From: a virus
Virus record (IMG/VR): IMGVR_UViG_3300045988_096863
Length of the DNA stretch: 38,282 nucleotides
Reading direction: 5' to 3' (one strand)
The notes beneath the pieces were generated by a model. It was not told the DNA's origin. It did not search any database and saw nothing but the letters and a program-made list of their open reading frames with translations. Of this stretch, positions 8,101 through 15,659 are shown one piece after another (the stretch's first letter is position 1; every line of letters begins with the position of its first letter). Position numbers and translations under genes: made by a program.

Positions 8101-9576
8101 TTAAATTGAGATAATCTCATCATTTTCTGTCAGATCGCCTAACTCTTTCCAACCGTTTTTGGTGAGAAACTTATGGTCGGCCGTTGCTTTGACTGTTCGC
8201 CCATCTTCTAATTCGATTTCAAATACCGCCGCGTGCTCTCTCGTTTTGCATACGTTGCTAAACTCGTCAGTCGTTACGTTTCCCGTTTCAGTGTCAAGAC
8301 TATAAACGTTACCAGACTTACCCACTAGCTCACTGATTGGCTTGCTGCCGTTAGTGGTTTCAACTAATGTATCACCAGTCAAGCAGGCATGGTTATTCGC
8401 ATCTTTCGGTTTGTTCAGCCAATTGCCCTCTTTGTCCTTATCATAAACGTAAGTGTTAAATTCCTCCATCAATCCTTTAACACGCGGATGCACAACGAAT
8501 CGGTAAGACTGCATGTATTGGATTCCTTGAATAACACTGTCCTTGCCTTTACCTGATGGCTTGATATTAGGGACACGGTGCTGTTGTGATAATTCGACAA
8601 TCATACGTTGTTCAGCACTATCGGCTGTAATTGGTAATCCGAACGCTTTATGGTTAGCCAATTCTTGTGCAATCTGATTAGTTAATAAATGTTGCTTATA
8701 AAACTCATCATAAATATAAACAATTCGGTTATCCTGATCAACCGCAATAAATTCACCAGCAGTCGGGTCATGTTTGAAACCGAAGTCCAATCCGACTGAC
8801 TTAGGCAGACCAGCAATCTCGTCATAAGAGAAGTCACGCTGCTCAAACAATCCATCGAATACTAGCCCTTCAGCAATACCCCATTCACCGAGAACCGCGA
8901 CACGTGCACGGTTAGGATTGCGCACGAGCATTTCTTTTAGTGAATCGACGTAAGCCTTGTCCAAGTAATTGTTATCTTTATACGTTGTTGTAAATGCTCT
9001 GGTGTTTGTTCGCTGCTTGTCTTTGTCAAAAAATTCAGACTTCAACCAATGGCGATCTGACCACGGGTTAAACGTTAATATCGACTGGTAGAATCCACGC
9101 GGATCATCTAACTCACCACGCAACGATTCTTCAACCGTATTAAATCCATCTAATGACTTCAACTCAAAACATTCCTCGTACCAAGCTCGACATAATTGGC
9201 CGACCACCGGGGTAATCGATGTAATCTTTAATGGACTATCCATTCCTCTGAAAAATATCTTTTGACCAGTAGGTTTATAAGTTACTTCCAAAGGTGACGT
9301 TGTCCATTTGAACAGTTCATATACACCTAACGATGCTGCAACCTTTTTTAAGGTAGCAAACGTACTATCTTTGTGAGTTGTAAAATACTGCCTAATCACT
9401 AGCCAATTTACATATGGCCGTGTGATTGTATCAATGATCACTTTCTCGGCAGCAGCATACGACTTCCCAGATCCACGAGACCCTTTGTAAACCAGATACC
9501 TATCTCGACTATTGAACATCGGGTAATACGCTTTAGAAACGATGTCAGGTACGTTTAAATCGATTGTGTTAGCCAT
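8101..9576 (-). CDS. terL: Terminase large subunit N-extein (397 aa) fused to intein N-terminal fragment (94 aa)
   Basis: Walker A YKGSRGSGKS. Nuclease motifs GLDFGFKHDPTA and ITADSAEQ. Then NNHA|CLTGDTLVE (block A) and KATADHKFLT (block B), ending at TAA 8101..8103. The start is taken as ATG 9576, which overlaps the terS stop. Confidence 0.88.
   Translation of the reverse strand: MANTIDLNVPDIVSKAYYPMFNSRDRYLVYKGSRGSGKSYAAAEKVIIDTITRPYVNWLVIRQYFTTHKDSTFATLKKVAASLGVYELFKWTTSPLEVTYKPTGQKIFFRGMDSPLKITSITPVVGQLCRAWYEECFELKSLDGFNTVEESLRGELDDPRGFYQSILTFNPWSDRHWLKSEFFDKDKQRTNTRAFTTTYKDNNYLDKAYVDSLKEMLVRNPNRARVAVLGEWGIAEGLVFDGLFEQRDFSYDEIAGLPKSVGLDFGFKHDPTAGEFIAVDQDNRIVYIYDEFYKQHLLTNQIAQELANHKAFGLPITADSAEQRMIVELSQQHRVPNIKPSGKGKDSVIQGIQYMQSYRFVVHPRVKGLMEEFNTYVYDKDKEGNWLNKPKDANNHACLTGDTLVETTNGSKPISELVGKSGNVYSLDTETGNVTTDEFSNVCKTREHAAVFEIELEDGRTVKATADHKFLTKNGWKELGDLTENDEIISI
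8104..8385 (-). other. IntN (Cys1 codon 8383..8385; blocks A and B)
   Basis: CLTGDTLVETTNG...GRTVKATADHKFLTKNGWKELGDLTENDEIISI followed by a stop. Confidence 0.8.
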
Positions 9577-10105
9577 TGTCATCACCATCTTCTGGAAGAT
9601 GCACATTCACGACTACTTGGCTATCTGCTGAACCATCGGCCTGCTTAACACGCAGTTCGGCAAGTTCTGCATCCGCCTTAATTTTACGAGCGCGTTGCTT
9701 CTCAATTTCCTTACTCTCATTTTTAAGCTGACCGCCTAACTTAAACCAAAGCTCCGCCGCATTGACCTGTTCTTTAGTTGGGGCTGGCGAAGTCATGGTT
9801 TCGTCAGTAACAATTTCATCTTTGATATTGTCCCTTTTTGTAAAACTATGAGTAATCGGTTTGCCTGACGCGATTCGGTAAATATTCATCAACACTTCGT
9901 CTGCATCGTCAGATTCTTTTTGTTCAACTTTTTTGGTTTTACTTGAAATATATTTACTGATTCCAGCATTTTCAAGTAATTGATGTGTCGCGTTTTTAGC
10001 GGTTGCCGGAGCATACCCAGCATATAATGCTGACTGATAAGCATTGTGTGTTCTAATCCACTCATTGGCAAATTTACGCTGTTGAGTACTTATTGACTTA
10101 GTCAT
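9569..10105 (-). CDS. terS: Terminase small subunit
   Basis: QQRKFANEWIRTHNAYQSALYAGYAPATAKNATHQLLENAGISKYI is the typical phage small terminase HTH pattern. It lies immediately upstream of terL and overlaps it. Confidence 0.85.
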   Translation of the reverse strand: MTKSISTQQRKFANEWIRTHNAYQSALYAGYAPATAKNATHQLLENAGISKYISSKTKKVEQKESDDADEVLMNIYRIASGKPITHSFTKRDNIKDEIVTDETMTSPAPTKEQVNAAELWFKLGGQLKNESKEIEKQRARKIKADAELAELRVKQADGSADSQVVVNVHLPEDGDDNG

Positions 10106-10111
10106 ACATAA

Positions 10112-10339
10112 TCACCCATTTCTACCACCTGCCACTTTCTTAATTAACTCCGGTCTAAATCCACACCATGAACGATCGGGAGTTTCAACAACCGGATATG
10201 ATTGAAATCCCTGCTCACGGAAGCGCTGTATATCACTATTATGCGGCTTAACTACCTCAAAATCAACGTTTGCAACTTTAAATAGTCTTTCAGTCAACCG
10301 ACATTTTGCACAATTTTCTGTATCATAAATTTTAATCAT
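10112..10339 (-). CDS. nrdH: NrdH-like glutaredoxin
   Basis: 75 aa with CAKC at residues 10-13 and a WCGFRPE motif (NrdH signature WSGFRP). GGAGG RBS. Confidence 0.8.
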   Translation of the reverse strand: MIKIYDTENCAKCRLTERLFKVANVDFEVVKPHNSDIQRFREQGFQSYPVVETPDRSWCGFRPELIKKVAGGRNG

Positions 10340-10361
10340 ATAAAAATACCTCCGGCTTTAA

Positions 10362-10370
10362 ATTATATCA
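10362..10370 (-). promoter_or_regulatory. Extended -10 promoter (TGATATAAT) in front of nrdH and the late operon
   Basis: Minus strand reads TTCATGATATAATTTAAAGCCGGAGGTATTTTTATATG. Confidence 0.55.
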
Positions 10371-10532
10371 TGAATTGATTTTGTAATAAAAAACGCGTTT
10401 GTAAGAAAAAATATTACGCTTTCCAACATTTTTCTTACACATCACTTTCCTGCATTGTATATTAGACAAATCCCTATACATAAGTAAATAAACAAATATA
10501 TTTTATATATACTATACTGTTTGTTAGAAAGT

Positions 10533-10572
10533 AAGAAAAAAGGAAACCAAGAAAAATTTATTTTTTTCTTGG
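10533..10572 (-). terminator. AT-rich hairpin plus T-run inside region A
   Basis: Minus strand CCAAGAAAAA-AATAAA-TTTTTCTTGG followed by TTTCCTTTTTTC. The stem is weak (A/T rich). Confidence 0.4.
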
Positions 10573-10699
10573 AATCCTCTGTTTTTTTCTAACTTTCTTA
10601 CAACCGTTGGCGCTGTAAGTAAGAAACCCGTTATATTTAATTTTTGATTTCTAACTTTCTAACATTTTATTGAGTTAATACGGGGCTTTCGCTAGTAAC

Positions 10700-10728
10700 A
10701 ATATACCATTCCCAGACGTTTTTTACAA
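10700..10728 (-). promoter_or_regulatory. Promoter TTGTAA-17-TATATT with TG extension at the upstream edge of region A
   Basis: Minus strand reads TTGTAAAAAACGTCTGGGAATGGTATATT. A matching TGGTATATT element is present in region B at 25443..25451. Confidence 0.5.
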
Positions 10729-10733
10729 GTGAA

Positions 10734-11234
10734 TTATTCAGCATCGGCATTCTCGAACCGATAGCCTCCAGTTTGCTTTAATCTGCCTTTAATAACAGCA
10801 TTAATGTTTGGCTGTTGAAGCCCCAGCACTCGGCTCGCTTCGTGTTGTGATGAAAACCGAGATACTTCTAGCGTGGTTAAGTTTACTGCTAACACTGGTC
10901 GCCCTAATGCTTCTCCAAAATCTTCTTGATATTGGCGGTTATATTTTGACGTACACCATTCTAAATTTTCAGCGTTGTTGTTAGATCTATTACAATCTTT
11001 GTGATTAACCATCGGTAAGCTGTTAGGATTATGAACAAATGTTTCTGCAACTAACCGATGCACCAACTTATTAACTTTTTTGCCATTCACGCGAAAGCTT
11101 ACTCGCATATAGCCACCTCGATCTGGATGATTTGTATAATAGTGTCCTTTAACTGACCTTACTCTACCGAATTAACTAACTTCTATTTTATCAATTTCCG
11201 GATGTCTCCACCAAATTTCAGTTTCATTTTCCAT
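10734..11234 (-). pseudogene. NUMOD4/HNH_3 homing endonuclease with in-frame TAA at codon 21 (11172..11174)
   Basis: From ATG 11234 it reads MENETEIWWRHPEIDKIEVS*FGRVRSVKGH...YMRVSFRVNGKKVNKLVHRLVAETFVHNPNSLPMVNHKD... Paralogues have EVS(T/I)FGRVR at that position. Confidence 0.8.
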
Positions 11235-11236
11235 AA

Positions 11237-12412
11237 CTATTCTCCCAAATTTCCTTTCAGTGTATACTCTGCAAGCAAACCGTTTGTATCAAATTCCAAC
11301 AGCTTCATTGTTTTCTGACCCATCACAAAGCCGTTTTTGGTTTCGTAACCATCAGCAGGCTTCGGCGTTTCGAATTGCCTTTGGATTGTTCCGCCTGTGT
11401 CTTTAACGATTTCTGTATGGTAGTGGCCGAAGTGCACTTCTCGCCATACGCTGTTTGCCCAAACTTCTGAATACTCATTAGCAAACAACGGTGATAGCTT
11501 AGCCTTTGCTACGTCTCCATGTGCTAACATGATTCCAACTTTGCCATACGTGAAAACTTGTCTGTACGATCCTGGGTTGAATACATCTAGTTGTGGGTAT
11601 TTTGCTTTAATCATTTCTATAAATGCCCAATGGAGATCAAAGTCATGGTTTCCTCCGATGGCATACAATTCGGTAACATCTGAATTTTCGATTGCTGGTT
11701 CAATGATGCTTTTAACAAATTCAGCAGCGTCTTGCCATGCTTTAATCATATCGACATGATCTAACTGGGTATTTTTCACAGTTTGTGTCTTTTTTAAGAA
11801 ATCACTGTGTAACGTGTCGCCTCCAACTTCGATCACAATCTTTTCAAATGGATGCGAATTAATGATTGTTAAAATCTCATCAAGATACGGCTTCATATTG
11901 TCATAACTATTAATTCCGAAGTGCAAGTCAAACATCGGAACCACCAGCATACGTTTTAAGGCACCTCCAGTGCGTTTTAAGCGCGCTTTATTAACACTGT
12001 GATTAATTATACCTGATAGTTCTAAAATGCTCACATTACTCTTAGGTTTAACTTTGACGGTGATACTGTATTGAGGTTGAGTGCCATCTTCAGTGGAATG
12101 CTGCTCATACACTTTGTACTGTGAACTAATCAAATCGAATTTGTCCGGATCATAACCGGTTAGCATGAGCATGGTACGTGGTGATTTATCCGGTTCATGT
12201 TTTAAACGCATTAGGATTGTGGCCGTTTGTGTGCCATTTGCTTCAGTCGTAACTTCTTTGAAATCTTCAGCTTTTGTATTAGCAAGGTGACGTTGTCTAT
12301 AATGCTTCACCGCTGCACGTGTCCTGCCCAGCCTTTCGGCAATCTTTGAATCCGACAATCCAATGGCGACTAATTGTTCAATTTTATTTTTGTCTTCGTT
12401 TGTCCATTTCAT
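11237..12412 (-). CDS. HTH domain fused to calcineurin-like metallophosphoesterase
   Basis: N-terminus IGLSDSKIAERLGRTRAAVKHYRQRH looks like an HTH. Phosphoesterase motifs present are DLHFG, GGDTLH, GGNHD, LAHGD and GHYH. Confidence 0.7.
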   Translation of the reverse strand: MKWTNEDKNKIEQLVAIGLSDSKIAERLGRTRAAVKHYRQRHLANTKAEDFKEVTTEANGTQTATILMRLKHEPDKSPRTMLMLTGYDPDKFDLISSQYKVYEQHSTEDGTQPQYSITVKVKPKSNVSILELSGIINHSVNKARLKRTGGALKRMLVVPMFDLHFGINSYDNMKPYLDEILTIINSHPFEKIVIEVGGDTLHSDFLKKTQTVKNTQLDHVDMIKAWQDAAEFVKSIIEPAIENSDVTELYAIGGNHDFDLHWAFIEMIKAKYPQLDVFNPGSYRQVFTYGKVGIMLAHGDVAKAKLSPLFANEYSEVWANSVWREVHFGHYHTEIVKDTGGTIQRQFETPKPADGYETKNGFVMGQKTMKLLEFDTNGLLAEYTLKGNLGE

Positions 12413-13008
12413 AGTTTTAAGGTTTCCCTTCCCTGTTTATTATTTACTATATTTTCACCAATCTCGTGTAGCTTGTGATTAATAATATTATCAGCATTAT
12501 CATCGGCGTTTGTAAACCAAAAATGGCCTGCGCGTTTTCGCTTTCCTTTAATAACAGCGCTAATACTTCCTGAGCTAATTTCCAAAACTCGGCTCGCTTC
12601 ACGTTGTGAACGGAAACTTGAAACTTCTAACGTTGTCAGATTAATTGCAAAAACAGGTTGCCCTAAAACTTCTGTTTGTGAAAATCCATGTTTTTCACGA
12701 TACTGGCGATTATATGAACGTGTACACCATTCAATGTTACTAACGTTATTATTCGTTCTATTTCCGTCCTTATGGTTAACTTCAGGTAAAATATTTGGGT
12801 TTGGTATGAATGTTTGAGCTACAAGCCGGTGAACCTTTTTATTAAATGATTTACCATTAATACGAAAGTGTACGTACAAATAGCCATCACGGTTTAGCTG
12901 AATTGCATAACAGTGCCCTTTTAATGTCCGAACCCTACCAAAAGTGCTAACTTCTAGTTTTTCAAAATCCGGATGTGCTCTCCAAATTTCAGATTCATTT
13001 TTAGCCAT
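12409..13008 (-). CDS. NUMOD4/HNH_3 homing endonuclease (intact paralogue)
   Basis: MAKNESEIWRAHPDFEKLEVSTFGRVRTL...HRLVAQTFIPNPNILPEVNHKDGNRTNNNVSNIEW..., with a C-terminal nuclease-associated DNA-binding repeat. ATG 13008 follows AGGGGAATAGTT. Confidence 0.85.
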   Translation of the reverse strand: MAKNESEIWRAHPDFEKLEVSTFGRVRTLKGHCYAIQLNRDGYLYVHFRINGKSFNKKVHRLVAQTFIPNPNILPEVNHKDGNRTNNNVSNIEWCTRSYNRQYREKHGFSQTEVLGQPVFAINLTTLEVSSFRSQREASRVLEISSGSISAVIKGKRKRAGHFWFTNADDNADNIINHKLHEIGENIVNNKQGRETLKL

Positions 13009-13024
13009 AACTATTCCCCTAATT

Positions 13025-13300
13025 TCATTTTTCAATGCCTACTTCTTTGAATTTTATCATAAACGGCTTTAACAACTGGGATAATTCGTTGAAGCAATCT
13101 ATATACTTTTCAGTTGAGAACGGCACATATGAATTAACACCTAAATGTGAAAACGAAAACAATTTCTTGAAATCCTGGCGACTGTGAATATTAACTTTAG
13201 GATTACCGTTGTTGTAATAAAACGTGATTGGAATTTCATTTTTATTGGCAATGTCAATAATGATTTTTAATTCTGCCGGTGAATATGGATAATTAATCAT
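13025..13300 (-). CDS. Hypothetical protein
   Basis: 91-aa ORF with its start coupled (ATGA) to the upstream small ORF. Confidence 0.5.
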   Translation of the reverse strand: MINYPYSPAELKIIIDIANKNEIPITFYYNNGNPKVNIHSRQDFKKLFSFSHLGVNSYVPFSTEKYIDCFNELSQLLKPFMIKFKEVGIEK

Positions 13301-13443
13301 TTTTTTAATCTCCTTACTATAAACACGATCAATGCAATAATTCCTACTGTTCCTGCAACTGGCTTGATTAAAGGTTTAACCAGCCATGCAATAATTCGCA
13401 TAAATATTAATGTCATGATGATAAATGATAGAAATGTTGCCAT
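13297..13443 (-). CDS. Small hydrophobic peptide (48 aa, 2 predicted TM)
   Basis: MATFLSFIIMTLIFMRIIAWLVKPLIKPVAGTVGIIALIVFIVRRLKK. Translated by hand. ATG is 1 nt after the upstream stop and its own stop overlaps the next ATG. Confidence 0.5.
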   Translation of the reverse strand: MATFLSFIIMTLIFMRIIAWLVKPLIKPVAGTVGIIALIVFIVRRLKK

Positions 13444-13444
13444 A

Positions 13445-13879
13445 TTATTCAGCCTCCTCTAAAGTTACCTTGTTCCAATCAAGTGGAATATCTTCACGTT
13501 GCTTTAGGTGTTCAATATTTTCATCAGTGAATTTAGTTTTAAAAACATCAGTATTATTGTTATCACTAAGCTCAAATTCATCATTAACAAAATTTAAGTA
13601 GCCATAATAACCTTTCAACACATGAATAAAATACTTTTTTTCTACCACCCGTTCATCTAGTGGGGTGATTGCAAGTTCTGACAAGATCATGTAAAGCTTA
13701 TTGCTGAATGGCAGCTTTTTAAAAATGGTTTCGTCATTATAGAACAAATATCTTTCATCGCCTTTAACCCACGCGACAATGATATTTTTGTAATCAACAG
13801 CAAAATCGCCATCTCCCATATAAACATCATACTTGCTTGACAATGCTTTGATCCGTTTCTCTGCTTCGCTATATTTCAT
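13445..13879 (-). CDS. Hypothetical protein
   Basis: 144-aa ORF tightly packed after the methyltransferase gene. Confidence 0.5.
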   Translation of the reverse strand: MKYSEAEKRIKALSSKYDVYMGDGDFAVDYKNIIVAWVKGDERYLFYNDETIFKKLPFSNKLYMILSELAITPLDERVVEKKYFIHVLKGYYGYLNFVNDEFELSDNNNTDVFKTKFTDENIEHLKQREDIPLDWNKVTLEEAE

Positions 13880-13881
13880 GA

Positions 13882-14598
13882 TTATTTTTCCTCCATAATT
13901 CGTTGTTCTGCAATCTTAAAATATTTCTCTTCTAACTCCATACCGATGAACGATCTGTTTAGATTGATAGCAGCCACGCCGGTACTTCCTGATCCCATGC
14001 AATTGTCAAGGACGGTTTCGCCTTCAAAAGTATATGTTTTAATCAAGTATTCAAGTAACGGAACTGGTTTTTGGGTGGGATGGGATAGGTTTCTAATTAC
14101 ATTATTGAATTTAATTACGTCCCTTGGATATCTATCACCATTACTTTTAGTGTCAGTGCTTTTTGAATTAGAGATATAAATGCTCCCAGATCTGTTTTTT
14201 GTTGCTTTGTGATAGTAAGGGGTTCCTTTCGTTTTTTGAGGATTATATGTTGGCAAATGTTTGTAAAAAATAGTGATATTCTCCTTACAACGCAAAGGCA
14301 TCTTGTTAGCATTATAAAATCCGGTTGCTCTAGATTTTTCCCAAACAAAATCATATCTATACATTTTTTCATTACTAAGTCTCAAACGGCTGCTAAACGG
14401 TTCTTGCCCAAACAACGCGATAGCACCATTATTTTTAATAATTCTTTTATACTGCTGCCACAATTTATCAAATGGGATTATGATATCCCATTTATTTGCA
14501 GTTGTACCATATGGCAAATCACATAAAATCATATCAATCGACCCATCTGGAATATCTTTCATTAACTCTAAACAATCGCCTTGCTGTAAATCTATCAT
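13882..14598 (-). CDS. DNA methyltransferase (N6A/N4C beta-class), orphan
   Basis: Motif IV ILCDLPYGT lies near the N-terminus and motif I VLDNCMGSGSTGVAA near the C-terminus. No restriction partner is visible. Confidence 0.85.
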   Translation of the reverse strand: MIDLQQGDCLELMKDIPDGSIDMILCDLPYGTTANKWDIIIPFDKLWQQYKRIIKNNGAIALFGQEPFSSRLRLSNEKMYRYDFVWEKSRATGFYNANKMPLRCKENITIFYKHLPTYNPQKTKGTPYYHKATKNRSGSIYISNSKSTDTKSNGDRYPRDVIKFNNVIRNLSHPTQKPVPLLEYLIKTYTFEGETVLDNCMGSGSTGVAAINLNRSFIGMELEEKYFKIAEQRIMEEK

Positions 14599-14614
14599 TT
14601 TAATAATCCTTTCT

Positions 14615-14746
14615 TTACATCACTGAAATCATTAACCCAGCAATCAATACATAAATCGTCAATGCTTTTAAAAACTCGTGTTCAGTATTTTCAAAAACCA
14701 TTGATACGAACAAAACAATTAAAATTAGAAAAACGTAGCACCACAT
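14615..14746 (-). CDS. Small hydrophobic peptide (43 aa, 2 TM)
   Basis: MWCYVFLILIVLFVSMVFENTEHEFLKALTIYVLIAGLMISVM. GGAGGAATAAATT precedes the ATG. Confidence 0.5.
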   Translation of the reverse strand: MWCYVFLILIVLFVSMVFENTEHEFLKALTIYVLIAGLMISVM

Positions 14747-14749
14747 AAT

Positions 14750-14965
14750 TTATTCCTCCAATGATTTAATATATTCAGCTAGAAAAATCAATTGATGTTT
14801 ATAGCTCATGCCATAGTATGGTCTTTCAAGTCCTTCCGGTGCTAATCCCCAATCTATTGACTCACATACATCGGTCAAGCTTTCTAGTGGTTGGTTATAA
14901 TGATCTTTAACCTCTTGCAAAACCCATTCCAGCAGCTTGCGTTCTTCATTAGTTAATTCGTTCAT
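14750..14965 (-). CDS. Hypothetical small acidic protein
   Basis: 71-aa ORF. Confidence 0.5.
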   Translation of the reverse strand: MNELTNEERKLLEWVLQEVKDHYNQPLESLTDVCESIDWGLAPEGLERPYYGMSYKHQLIFLAEYIKSLEE

Positions 14966-14969
14966 CTTA

Positions 14970-15284
14970 TCATCTCTCCCAGTAATTTTTATGCTTCGTC
15001 AATTCATAACGGCCGACCTTATATAGTTGAGCCTTGTGTTCTGCTTTCGCTTCTGTGATCCCACCTAAATAATATGCCAGCTGGCGAACGTTAATATCAC
15101 CTTTTAAATACCTTTTAATAATCGTGATTTCATATTGATTCAAACTGGCAGATTCATTTTTATAACATGGATAAGACAATTTAAGCATGTAGTTACGTTC
15201 ACGATCATTCATGAGGCTGACAGTCCCATACTTGCTTTCAATTTCTTGCACGTAGTTTAGTAATTCGCGATAATGTTCTCTCAA
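14970..15284 (-). CDS. Hypothetical protein, possible HTH (sigma region 4 / ArpU-like)
   Basis: 104 aa. The segment ITIIKRYLKGDINVRQLAYYLGGITEAKAE resembles an HTH, but the pattern is weak. Confidence 0.35.
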   Translation of the reverse strand: MREHYRELLNYVQEIESKYGTVSLMNDRERNYMLKLSYPCYKNESASLNQYEITIIKRYLKGDINVRQLAYYLGGITEAKAEHKAQLYKVGRYELTKHKNYWER

Positions 15285-15514
15285 AATCCTATACCTCGCT
15301 TATATTTGACGTGCAAGTCCTTCGCAACTTGTTTCGACATCAACTTGGCTGACTGATCGTCGCATGTCATATAATCAGCAACGTTGATGCCATTGAACAT
15401 GGTGATACCAGAACTATTTCCATTCGAATAAGGGGCAATTACAACTTGATCGTTCGGAATGCCATAGTCAATAATTGTTTTTCGAAAGCGATTAACATAT
15501 TTTTTAGTTTCCAT
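15281..15514 (-). CDS. Hypothetical protein
   Basis: 77-aa ORF that overlaps the end of the RHH gene. Confidence 0.5.
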   Translation of the reverse strand: METKKYVNRFRKTIIDYGIPNDQVVIAPYSNGNSSGITMFNGINVADYMTCDDQSAKLMSKQVAKDLHVKYKRGIGF

Positions 15515-15659
15515 TCTTTTTCATATCCTTTTCGATTAGCTGGTTAGCGTATGCAATGAATTTAGTCCAAGATATTCCATATTTCTCCTTCAGTTCCTTT
15601 AACTTTAAGTAGTCGTCTTCGTTCAATCGAAGACTCGGCGTAATTGATTTCTTAGCCAT
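15504..15659 (-). CDS. Ribbon-helix-helix (CopG/Arc-like) regulator, 51 aa
   Basis: MAKKSITPSLRLNEDDYLKLKELKEKYGISWTKFIAYANQLIEKDMKKNGN. AAAGGAGGA RBS. It is the first gene after a consensus promoter and is absent from the ORF track because it is under 60 aa. Confidence 0.65.
   Translation of the reverse strand: MAKKSITPSLRLNEDDYLKLKELKEKYGISWTKFIAYANQLIEKDMKKNGN

Larger units (their letters stand above)
7330..8385 (-). mobile_element. Split intein plus embedded free-standing HNH gene (fractured-gene type insertion in terL)
   Basis: Combination of the three features above. Confidence 0.75.
10340..10733 (-). promoter_or_regulatory. Control region A: paralogue of 25066..25454 with arrays of GTTAGAAA/GTAAGAAA octamers, hairpins and promoters
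   Basis: Minus-strand blocks shared with region B are TGGTATATT, TGTTAGAAAGTTAGAAA, GGTTGTAAGAA(A/T)GTTAGA, CT(T/C)ACTTTCTAACAAACA, GTGT(A/T)AGAAAA..TGTTGGAAA and TTATTAC(A/G)AAA. They occur in the same order. Confidence 0.8.

Noticed and set aside
10340-10733. Repeated octamers in regions A and B considered as a CRISPR array or mini-array
   Set aside because: The repeat units are only 8 nt, occur in both orientations and have irregular spacing. There are no spacer-like unique segments of constant length.
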